Below, piece after piece: positions 1-11,000 of a stretch of DNA of 53,703 nt. A program made the position numbers and the translations under genes. This stretch comes from Chromera velia (taxonomy: Eukaryota): positions 1-53,703 of the forward strand of contig JAHBMJ010000236.1 in NCBI GenBank assembly GCA_018398765.1. Reading direction: 5' to 3'. The notes below the pieces were generated by a model. The model made no database searches and was not told the origin of the DNA. It saw nothing but the letters and a program-made list of their open reading frames with translations. Within the stretch, counting starts at the first letter, position 1. Every line of letters begins with the position of its first letter.

Positions 1-33
<33 letters not shown>

Positions 34-136
34 GAGACTTACGCCGACGCCGCCTCCTTTTGAGTTGCAACAAGAAGTCTGTGCACATCCTTCAAAGATC
101 GGACGCCGATCTGCATGCATCAGCACAAACCCATAT

Positions 137-204
<68 letters not shown>

Positions 205-307
205 GAGACTTACGCCGACGCCGCCTCCTTTTGAGTTGCAACAAGAAGTCTGTGCACATCCTTCAAAGATCGGACGCCGATCTGCATGCATCAGCACAAA
301 CCCATAT

Positions 308-352
<45 letters not shown>
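1..352. repeat. 171-bp tandem duplication containing (GA)n/(CA)n tracts and an identical 68-nt exon
   Basis: 43-110 is identical to 214-281, each flanked by CTTAC and CTGCA splice signals. Confidence 0.85.
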
Positions 353-353
<1 letters not shown>

Positions 354-3300
354 ATCATGAAGGACGGAAGAAAGCGACAAGGAATGGAGCCACAATCAAT
401 TATCGTCCCCCTCCCCTCCCTTTCCTTTTGTCACCCTCTTTTCCTCTTTCATCTTGATGCTCCCTCCACTCGTTGCACGTACCCTTGATCCCTCCAACCC
501 TTCTTTCTGCCTCTTTCCCCGCAGAACCTTTGCGTACCTCCCTACTGATTGACTCGACCAGTTGATCCATCAGGCCTTCCCCTGCATGCATGCCTACCCC
601 TTTCCACTACATGCCCTCATGAATCCGCTAAGTGGTGCATGGCCTGCATGACACGGCCACTGCTTGACTGATGTACTGACTGACCAGAGCCTTGCGGCCA
701 TCCACACACATCTCCAGCACAAAGTCGTCCCCGTTGAGGTATTCGATCAACTGACAGACAGACAGACAGACAGACAGACAGAACGACAGACAGACAGACA
801 GACAGACAGAATGACAGACAGACAGACAGACAGAATGACAGACAGACAGACAGACAGAATGACAGACAGACAGAATGACACAGAGGGAGACAGACACACA
901 TACACAGACACACACACAGAGGGAGAGAGAGAGAGAGAGAGAGAGAGGCTCTCAAGCGATGTGATGGGCCCAGCTGGGCTCACAAACGGATGGACATGCG
1001 ATGACATGCAGCGAGGGAGGGGGGGAGGCAGACCGATCGACCGACTGCATCACCGCATCTGCATGGACCCCCTCTTCCTTCCTCTCTCACTCGACGGCCG
1101 GACCGCTCAAATACGGATAAGGTTTCATTATGCTCATTCCACGGAAAGGGAAGCCAGAGAGGTGGAAAAAGGAGAGATGAGAAAAAAGGATAACCAGATC
1201 CGTCTCGCTCTGTTCCTCCTTTCCTGCAGCTGACTTTCCCTCCTTTCCACTTCTTCTGCGCATGTATGCAATCGCTAAGTCAGTAGCTTTCTTTCTGTCT
1301 CTGCATCAGAGCAACAGGATGGGGGTCTTCTCTGCCCCCCGTGATCTCCAGCCGTCCTCTTTCCATTTCTGTGCCTAAAAACTGACGGCGCACCTTTCTG
1401 TACACTTCTCGGCGGACATAACCGTCGGGCCATCCAGACAAGACGAGAACCTGAAAGAAAGCAGAGAGAGAACACAACAGCAGGAGGAAAATCCAACCCT
1501 CCCATACCGAAAGGAAAAGACAGAGCACATACACCGAACAAGGGTGTAATGTCAAATGTCGACAGAACAAAAGAAAATTGCCCTGCACAAGAGAAGGGCG
1601 CTGGTCAACCAGTCCACCCTCCCACTCACTTTTTCCATTAGAGAAAAGGGAGAGAACATATGAGAACAGGCAAGAGAGAGAGAGAGTGCGAACGAAACCG
1701 CGAATGTGGTTCCCGCTCTTCCTATTTCTTCTTTCGCTCTCTGTCAATGCTGCAAACCAGCCGCCTGACCGCCGACCAACCAGCCAGCCAAGCAACCAAC
1801 CAACCTGGGTTGCCGGGACGTCCCACGCTACTGGTTCAAATCTGCGACAGGGAAGAAAACATACAAACCATAAAATTATTGTTCTTTTTTTCGACGTTCG
1901 ATGAGAGCCGAACATCCCACCAGAAAGAGGAGCAAGAAGGCAGGAGACCCACAAACGAACTAAGATACAAATAAAAAATGAAACAAAAAGAGACAAAGAC
2001 AGATTGAGAGAAAATAAACAAAGATCGAAAAATCGATTCACCATGCATCTTCTAATTGAGCACAACTCTTTTGAAGCCTTCCTGGGATGCAAAGGGAAGC
2101 GCCGATTGATCGAAGAGAAAGCTGCCAAACTGGTCAGAGAAACCAAATGGACAGAAAGAGCAACAGCACAGCAAGGAAACATCGAGAGAGAGGAGTAAAT
2201 TGAAGAAGGAAAGCGAGACTCCAAGTTTCCTTCCCTCTACTCTTCACTCCTCTGTTTGTCTGACCGTCGTCGGAGAAGTTCCAGATCGAAGTCGTCGACC
2301 TGACAACACCCGTTCATTCATTCATTCATTCATTCATGCATTTGTCAAGTCAGTCAGTCCATCGGTCAGTCCATTTTAGTCAGGTCAAGTCAGCTGGGTA
2401 GGAGGAAGGGCACGCAGAGATGGCACGAAGATAGAACAGACGGAGAGAAAGGCACAAAGGAAAAAGAGAAAGAATGAGAGTGCAGGAGAATGAATGACCA
2501 GAAGGAGCTAAGGAAAACCAGAAGAATGGATTAAAGGACAGATTACTTCTTCTGCGATCTCCGTAAAGTGTAAGAAAACACCTTGTTTACAAAGAAACTT
2601 CTCTTTTCAAGCGAGAAGGTAAAAAAAGAGCTAAGCGAGAAGAGTAAGACCGGACGGTTTGCAGAAAATTCGACTTCATCTCGTCAATACCTCAACTTAC
2701 CGTATACTTCTTTATTTTCTGTCGGCTGCTGCTTGCCTCCTCAGTATCTCTTTCCCTTTCCCTGGTTCCTCTTGCTTTGCCTCGGCTCTTCGTTTCTTGC
2801 CTCTGCCCTCCTCTCCTTGCTTCCCTGCTCGGACGCTCATACCTCCTTCCTCCTCCTCGCCGTCTCCTCGGCGACACAGACACAGACTCATAGGAGGAAG
2901 AGGAGTAATAACTTGAAGAGGAAGAACAATCAGATGACGAAAAGTCGGAATCTGTGTCAGACAGATCATCGTCCTCCGACCCGTCCCCACTGTTGGGGGG
3001 AAACCCAGATCCTAAACCTTCTTCTCTCCACCTCCCTCCTCTGGCATTTGTGCTCTTCCCTCCTCTCTCACTGTCCTGTTCCCTCCTCGGCACTCTCGAT
3101 GAGGAAGGAGAAGGAGACGGCCGGGCCGAGGCCTCTGCATTTCTCTGTCTCAAATGCTTCTCATCTCTGCTGCGTGGTTCTGGTCTCTCCCGTCTTCCTC
3201 CTCGACTTCTGAGATCCTCAGCCTCTTCCTCCTCAGAAGAATAAAAAGATGAGCCATCGTCCTCTGAATGCACTCGACGTCTCTCAGCCCCGTGACGCCT

Positions 3301-3712
3301 CTCTGCTCTTTCACGTAACCGCGCTTTCCTTCTTTGTGCAGTTCGCCTTCCACTCTTTCCCTCTGCTGCTGAGGAGCCCTTTCTGAAATTATCTCCATCT
3401 TCTCCCTCCCCGTCTCCTTCCAGTTCCTGGATTTCACTTACGACTCCCCCTTCTTTCTTTTCTCTCCACACATGACCCCCGACCACAGGCTTTTCCGCCT
3501 TGGCCTTCTTCTTCTTCCTGTTTCCCGAGACCTCCGCTGCCTTCGGCTCCGGCTCTTCCCCCTCTGCTGGCTCAGGAGACGGACAGGGAGAGGAGGCGGG
3601 CACGGAGCGAAACCCAGAGACGACAGCGTCCAGCCGTCTCTTTACATCCTCCACTAATTCATTTTCCTCTTCCAATTCTTCCTGCACACCCATGCACGCA
3701 CGCACACACATA

Positions 3713-3745
<33 letters not shown>

Positions 3746-5654
3746 GTATATACACGTATATACATATACACACATACATACAACAGACCAGAAGGGAAGC
3801 ACCCTTCTATCTCTTTAGAGTCTCCCCTTGATGAGAATTCCCTTGCAGACTATCGTTCAGAACGCAGACAGGGAGGAAGGAGGGGACAAAGGAAGGAGAC
3901 AGAATCCGGTGAGTGTGGACTTGAACGAAGATAGACATACAGAGTCACTTACAGACCTCTTTGAGATTCTCCTGTTGCAGGGATAGCCTCTCTCTGAGCT
4001 TCTCCCTCTCTTTGCGCAGTTGCCTCACCTCCCCATTTGTCAGCCCTGCCTCTAGACTCGTCAGGGCCCCGGCACGAGGGGGGTCGCTCAAGAGGGGAAT
4101 GGGCGTCGTGTTGACGGAGGGGACCGGCTTCCTCTCTTTTTCCTTGTCTTTCTCCTTCTCTTTGCTCGGCTTCAGGTCAGACGTTTCCGAGGCCGTCTCC
4201 TTATCCCTCTTCCTCCAGGTAATCTCCTCGGCATCTTCCCCCCCTGAGAAGAACAAGGACAGTCGGTTAGGTATCAATACAATGGGAGGGGAGGAAAAGG
4301 CGAGCGCTATGAGGGAGAAAGAACAAGGGAGCATGAGAGGAAACAGTGAAAAAAAAAGAGGAGCATCGGAAGACAGCAAGATGGAAGAACAAGAAAGAGC
4401 AAATGAGGACCGTCAGAGTGATCCACAGACAGAAAGAACGAGAGACTCTCAAAGGGACAGAGGCAGAGAGAGAGAGATAGAGGGAGAGAAACCAACAGGC
4501 AAGAAGCAAGAAGACACCCATCGAAAGAGTCCTGTATGCATCAGCCGTCGTTTGTTGCCACTCAGTCACACAGTCATTCTTCCTCAACTCCTGAGCTTTA
4601 TTGAGCCTTCATGTTCGTTCTTCTGCTGACCTCCGTCTGTTCCGGCATCGTCCTTCTCGTTCTGCCCCAACGTTACCGCCTCCTTCCCTGTCTGCCCTGT
4701 GCTCTCCCCATCCTTTGGCTTCTCCCTCTTCTTCCACACCGCCCCTGTCAGGAAAGGCTGCCCCCCTCTCTCCTCAGGAGACGGGGAAGGAGACGGCGAC
4801 CCTCTCTCTCCAAGGCACTCACCCGAAGGAGACGGGGAGCTGCTTCCCGTCTCCAGACGTGCCTTGCCATTCACAACAGACTGACGCACGCCAGACACCC
4901 CAGACGATTCAGTCACCGGGCTGCCGGCAGGTGGTGGGCTGGCAGCCCCATCCCCGTCCTCTCCAGTGAGGGCAGCTGCCTTCTTCCGTCTCCTCTCCTC
5001 TTTCGCGTGTTTTTTTCGCATGTGAGGGGGCATGTAGAGACCGGCAGTCCCTGGAGGCTGCTGCCGTGGGGCGCGAGGGGGGCGCTCCGAGGGCGAGCTG
5101 GAGGGTGCAGAGGGAGAAGCGCGGGAAGGGGGGGCCTTTCCTCCTCTATCCCCGACCTCGGTCTCCCCTTCCTGGTGATCCTGCATTGACACACACAGAC
5201 ATCACGAAACAAGGCCCGTTCAAGGAACAAAGCAGTTATCGAATGGAATGAAAAGAAGCAAAGTGAAACTATGAAAGCGAAGAAAGAACGCACAGCAGAG
5301 GTCGACAAGAAGGATTGATGTGAGACCCCTCGAATCATATTTCTCTGCCGTGGCGCTGCCCTGCAGGCGCGACTTGCAGCTCGCTGTCGCTTACATGGTC
5401 GAGCATTGCGATGTCCTGCCTCCTGTGTTGAGCCGCTTTCACAAGCAGTGCTTGCCGCAGCTGGTTCCTCCGCTCAGTCAAATCCCAGCCAGTAGTAGCG
5501 AAAAACCTACAAACATGCAAAGACGTCTGTGCAAAGTCATGCAGAAAGTCATGACAGGAAAGATCGCTTGCAGGAGCCCGTGCAGCAGGAAGAACCCTCT
5601 GCGGGCAGACGGCTTGTTCCCCTTCCACTCGTGAAGTCTGCCTGCAAACGTCAT
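43..5654 (-). CDS. Multi-exon gene for a large low-complexity (Ser/Glu/Arg/Lys-rich) protein of unknown function; 3' end lies beyond the left edge
   Basis: Phase-compatible GT-AG exons: 5395-5506, 4631-5180, 3957-4243, 2701-3681. Small exons follow, e.g. [12 protein letters not shown] (~2265-2299), [19 protein letters not shown] (~1394-1451), 685-750 ([22 protein letters not shown]), 483-581, 214-281/43-110. Candidate ATG at 5654 in AAAATG context; the first donor is uncertain. Confidence 0.7.
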
Positions 5655-6414
5655 TTTGTGACTTCTAGCACCTTCCAGATTCTTCCAGCTACACAGGCAA
5701 AAAAATTGCAGAGCGTCTCGAATTGTGCATGCATGATCGTGAGAAAAATGTGAGAAAACCATGCTTCTGACGCACGCGCGCGAAATCGCGCGAAAGTGAT
5801 GCGCTGCAATGCGCTGCATTTTTTTTTTTTTTTACATGGAACAAAGCGAAAAACGTGGCCCAACACAGAGCATATACAAACAATGTTATCACAAAGGAGA
5901 GAGAGATCTACTTCTCGGCCGCTCATGCAGAGGGTTCCTAGGGTATCACACTAGGGTACGGTCGTATGAAAGTTCTAGTCAGTTTCACTCTTAAAAACTT
6001 AGTTAGAATCATATCAGACGAGGTTCACAATTGAATTTAAAGCTCAACAATGTTAAAGAACCCGTTTAAACACTAAATTAGATGTATTGCTATGTGCTAG
6101 TCTAGACATAAGGCTAGTCTGGACATAAGAAAATATATAGAACTAAAAGAAAGTGATTGATAAGAGAAAAAAATTAATTCCAAAATGATAGAAAAAGTAT
6201 AAGAAAGTATTGTTAAAAGTATTAGAAAATAAAACAAAAGAAGTATGAAAAAAATATCGAAAAATGATAGAAAATAATAGAAAAGCTGCAAAGAAGTTAA
6301 TATTTTATTTAGAAAAAAGGACGAAGACCAAACGATTGAAAATAAAGGTAAAAAGAAGTAAAAAGATAAGAAAAGACAAGAACCAGGCAAACACGATACT
6401 TTAGATAGGACCCA

Positions 6415-6485
6415 GCCTCCGTGGCCTAGTGGTTAGGATGAGAGGCTCAGACCAGGAGGTCCCGAGTTCGAGTCCCACCACCGGT
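6415..6485 (+). other. Degenerate tRNA-derived sequence (SINE-head-like or tRNA pseudogene)
   Basis: A-box TGGCCTAGTGG and B-box GAGTTCGAGTC at tRNA spacing; acceptor, anticodon and T stems do not pair well. Confidence 0.55.
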
Positions 6486-6507
6486 AGAATTCCAAAATGC
6501 ATGTATC

Positions 6508-6700
6508 CGAATAAAGCGCGATCTAAAATCGATAGAACCGAATAAGACCCGGTCAGAAATCGAGACATTGAATAGTGCGCGGTCAGAAATCGGGGCATCG
6601 AATAGTCCGCGGTCTGAATTCGAATAACCGTCAGGCCGAAAACCGAATAGTACGCGGTCTAAAACCGAAGTACCCGAATACCACGTGGTCCATGCTTAGA
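6508..6700 (+). repeat. Degenerate ~30-bp tandem repeats (CGAATAGTNCGCGGTC...)
   Basis: About 6 recurring units starting CGAATA and containing CGGTC/CGATC. Confidence 0.6.
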
Positions 6701-8128
6701 ATAGCCGATTTTGCCTGGTCGAATTTTATGTGGTTTGAATTTGAATTTGAGCGCGGCGATTATTCGGCTCTGAGGTCGAATAATCGCCCAGTCTGAATAG
6801 CCTGTCGCATATGCAAAATCGGATCACACAAGAAAAATCAAAATCTGGATTTTCCCGAGAGGACCCCCGAGGTCATCGGTCACCTCTGGAGGTCCGACAC
6901 CCTCAGAATTGCCTCTCTGAAACCAACCTCCAAACTTGAGCAAAATCGAGACGATTTGCACTCAATATTGACTTGAAATCGATTAAAAAATGATCGATCA
7001 TAGCGCCATACATTGAACTTTCTTGAACCAAACCTCTGACTCTTTAGACCCTTAGACTATCTTGAAACCTCATTGGAGTTTGACTAGCGCCACTTCCCTT
7101 TGTCTATTCTAAGGGCTTCCAGTAGCTCTTAATATGTGGTGACACCGAAACTCGAGAGATCAATCGTATCTCACAGAGCGGAGCGAACGGAAAGCATCCT
7201 TCTCTTCTTCACTCCACCGAACACAACCAAATCTGAAATCAACTATTCCTATCCCGTTTATGCAGGTGATGCAAGAGACTCTTTTCCTTATAGGAAACCC
7301 AAGAAAAAGAAGAAAGGAAAGAATTGAGTACTTTGGGCTTTTCCTCTCTTTTTAAAACAGATATCTCCGAGCTCTTTTCGTGCAACCTCACCTGACTCTA
7401 CTCGACTTAGCTGTCCCCACGCGTCTCTGTCTGTCCATGTTCAGGATGGACTCTGCTGAAACGTGGAAAAGAGTAGCCCCTCTGGACCCAGCGCTGTCTG
7501 GTCTCCCCTTCTTGCCGAATAGACTACCGACCCACCGATTTTCCTTCACCCCTACTCCTCTGCACGTCTTCTACCCGTTCTGACTAAAAGGAGAGACCTG
7601 CAAAAATCAAGATCCTTCTGCTACTTTGTACAAACTTCTGTGTTCTGACTGAAACCAAGCCTTACAGCGAAGCTCTGCCCAAAATTTCCACAGACAAGAA
7701 GCAACTCTCCTGTTTTCCTTGTCAAAACTCTTGCTTCCAGGAAAACCAGACCTGACAGCGAAGCTCTGTCAAAATTTAGCTTCCAAGCAAAACTCCGATC
7801 TCAGATTCTGTTTTGTATCGTAGTGCCGCTGATCGTGACTTCACTGACCCGATAGAGAAAGCCCTTTTAATTACAGACCAGACTATAGAAGAAAACTACA
7901 AGTTCACTCACAGCAGAAAGGGTTTCCGGACCTTTCTTCTGGATCAACAGACAGCCTTCCTGAAAGCACACCACCATCTCTCAAAAAGAACACACCAAGC
8001 CCTTGCACTAGACACTATCAGTCAAGAGAGGTTCATGTCTATCTATTCCAAATACCTTCCCCCGTACGTCGAACCCCCAGGACAGTACATTTACCCCATG
8101 AAAGACTGCTCTTTGTGTCGTTCACAGA

Positions 8129-10200
8129 ATGCCATCAAAAGCCAAGAAGGTAATCAAGCCTAAGGCTAAAGGCCTTGTACAACTAAAAGTAAAAGCAAAG
8201 GCAAAAGCGAAAGCAAAAGCTCACCCAAAAGCCAAGGCTGCTCCACCAGCAGCACCCGTAGTCCCTCAGCCAGAACCTGCGAATAATCCCCCTCTCCTAG
8301 CCAACCATGCAGCAGCAGAAGAAACCGGTGTACCCGAAGGACAGGTAGAGGAGCAAGCCCAGCCATTGGGCCTGCAGCAAATAAATCAATATGAACAGCA
8401 AGAAGAGAATTAAAGGGGCAACTCAATGAGTATGAATGCCGCAGGCGCTGTTCACAACGTATAGGGTTTAATGCAATCTGCCATCTCTCAGGAAGTAAAG
8501 AACGAACTAGAAAGATAGGGGGTCCTTCTGCAACCTAAACAAGATAGAACGTATGATCTCGTCTTTATGATAGATAGACAAGGAAGAAATGATGGGGCAA
8601 ACAGGGATACAGAGAGACAGACAGCAGCGGCAGCATCAGTGCCTTCATCTATCGATCCAGTCAGACAGACACACAACGCTTTCTCTAATCAAGAAAGGTG
8701 TGTGAATCCAGTAAGTGCTGCAGTCGAACAAACTGCTCCCTCCCCGGGGACAGTAAACCTAGCAGTAAACCCAAAAATCTCTGTCGACTTACCTCACTTC
8801 CACGGGGATCGGGTGACCGCTCCCACCTTCTGGAATTCATTTGAAATGCTTGCTTCGTCCTGCAGATGGACATTCACGGCAGTCAGAGATGTCTACTTTC
8901 CCTCTGCTCTGCACTAGGGCCTGGCACTTATATTGGGTTACAGGTTTTAACACCCCCCGTATGTAAGGGTATACCCCCCTGTAATGTTACCCTTACTTCA
9001 AAAGTGGTCCCAATCGATCAATCTCATCAGGTTACGTCTAAAAATATTGAAAACATCTTCTGTTGATTGAGGTTACATAAGAAACTGATGAAAAACGATG
9101 TGTCCCTTTCACTTTGTAGCCAAACCCCTTATAACCTTGTAACCTGTAACCTAAAATAACCCTCTTCAAAAGTGATGTAACCTTCGTCTACATGCATTTT
9201 AAAGTGTTTTTGAAGTAATTTGAAGAGTTTTTGAAAGTTGATTTTTTGGTTGGTTACGGACCTCAAGATCCCTTGTAACCTTGTAAGTTAACCTGTAACC
9301 TTGTAAGGGGACATATATAATAAGGGGTGTAACCTCATGTAACCATATAAGCTATACAGTAAAAGTGATTGATTTTGAAGTAACTCAACATACTGGACCT
9401 CTAGCTTGTCTAAAAAGCTCGTCTAAATGTTTTTTGGTTCATTTTTTATGTCATTTTTGCACTTGTAACCCTATATGAGCCCAAGAGTGCCCCCCCCTAG
9501 GCTCTGCAAGGATCTGCTTGTCAATGGTACAACAGACTCCTTTTTGCCGACAGGATAGCCATCTAAAATCTGTCTGACCTCAAAACCTTGTTCTTGGACA
9601 ATGTTATGTATTCCATCGACAAGAATAAAACAGAAAACATACGGATCACCCTTTATTAGATAAAGCAGCTCGAGTATAAGTTTATAGATAAGTATGCAAA
9701 AAGATTTCAACGCCTCTGTAAAGGAGCAAATTTGTCCATCAATTCTAAAGAAGCCATGACTGCGTTCAACAGAGGTCTCCGAGAATCCACTATCAGAATA
9801 CACTTACAAGAAAACTATCCTGCCTTTTCAGCTCTACTGAAGGAAGCCAGGAGACTTAGTGCAATTATTGGCAATACCTGCAGTGGTGATAACGAAGAGA
9901 AAGGAGGTTTGAAAATCAGTACCGTGGTCACGAAGGAAAATCAGGGACAGGCGGCAACACAGTCGACACAAGCATAAAATCAGCTGCCAAGAGAAGAAGA
10001 CGCACTGCAGTGCGAATAGACATGGCAGCCTTAGTAAACGCGATTGTTCATAGTACTACTGCAGTGCAAGAGTAGAGAATAAACTGTGACAAGTATGGAG
10101 GATACGCTCCACACACAGCAGATGGGTGTACACTTTCTCCGTTCATAATATGCGAATATTGCTGTAAGCAAGGTCACAACAGTGCAGCATATCCTATGAA
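8129..10200 (+). pseudogene. gag: Gypsy gag with in-frame stops and a MITE insertion
   Basis: ATG 8129 is in frame with LPHFHGDRVTAPTFWNSFEML. After MITE removal it reads YFPSALQGSACQWYNRL, then AFNRGLRESTIRIHL. Degenerate knuckle CEYCCKQGHNSAAY at 10151. Confidence 0.8.
8914..9500. mobile_element. 587-bp non-autonomous hAT-like DNA transposon (MITE)
   Basis: 8-bp TSD GCTCTGCA (8906-8913, 9501-9508); imperfect TIRs CTAGGGCCTGGCACT / AGTGCCCCCCCCCTAG; ten or more GTAACC/GGTTAC motifs; excision restores the gag frame. Confidence 0.85.
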
Positions 10201-11000
10201 AAAAAGAGATGACTATTGAAGGCAGGCTGCCCCTTCTCCTTTTGAAGTCCCCAGACCGGTCGTACATCTCTACAATGGACCTCTGAGAAAAAGGCTCGGT
10301 TTCTTCCCTCCAACAGATAGACAAACTCGACCTCGGTGAGACGAAAGGCTCAACTTTTCACGTAACCAAACTTTCGAACCACGATACCCGAGGTGGAGAG
10401 AAAGACAAAATGACTTACCAGCAAATCCCTTCTTGGCTGTCTAAGGGTAAACTGCTCCTCTCTTACCATGGTCTCAGTCTGTTCAACCCCTCTCGCAGGC
10501 CGTCCAGTAAAGAGGAATGATGGTGCTTCCTCCTCCTCCACAAAAAGGAATGCTTGCACTTCCTGCTCCGCCTCCTGGCCTTAAACCTGATATCAGGACA
10601 GGAGGAAACAGACAACCAATATTGGGCAAGGGGTTCAATAAAAGAGGGGACAGTTGATCGATGAATGGAAATCAGCAAAAATATGGTTAGGTCTGCAGAA
10701 CAGGAGCCTCTGCAGACCTAGTTATTTCAAATGGCTCCTCTTGAAGGGAAGGACGTTTTGTTTTCAATTGTTCTCTCTCAAAAAAGACCTATGCATGAAG
10801 TGACTCCTGATCCTAGTGAGGCGCAAGAGCAAAAAGAAACGAGAATTGATCCCCTGCCTTCTTCCACATTAAATGAAGGTGTAAGAGGCGATCAAACCGA
10901 CCGAAAAGAGGATAGGGACCGAAAAAGAAAAATCCAGAAGATTGCCTCTATGCTCGCTACACTTAAAAAGAAATAGAGAGACGAAGAAAAAAGCACCAAT

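Noticed and set aside
6415..6485. Functional tRNA-Leu(CAG) gene
   Set aside because: Stems do not pair and there is no long variable arm
6800..7136. 5' LTR of the gypsy element
   Set aside because: No matching 3' copy or TSD in the window, so boundaries cannot be supported
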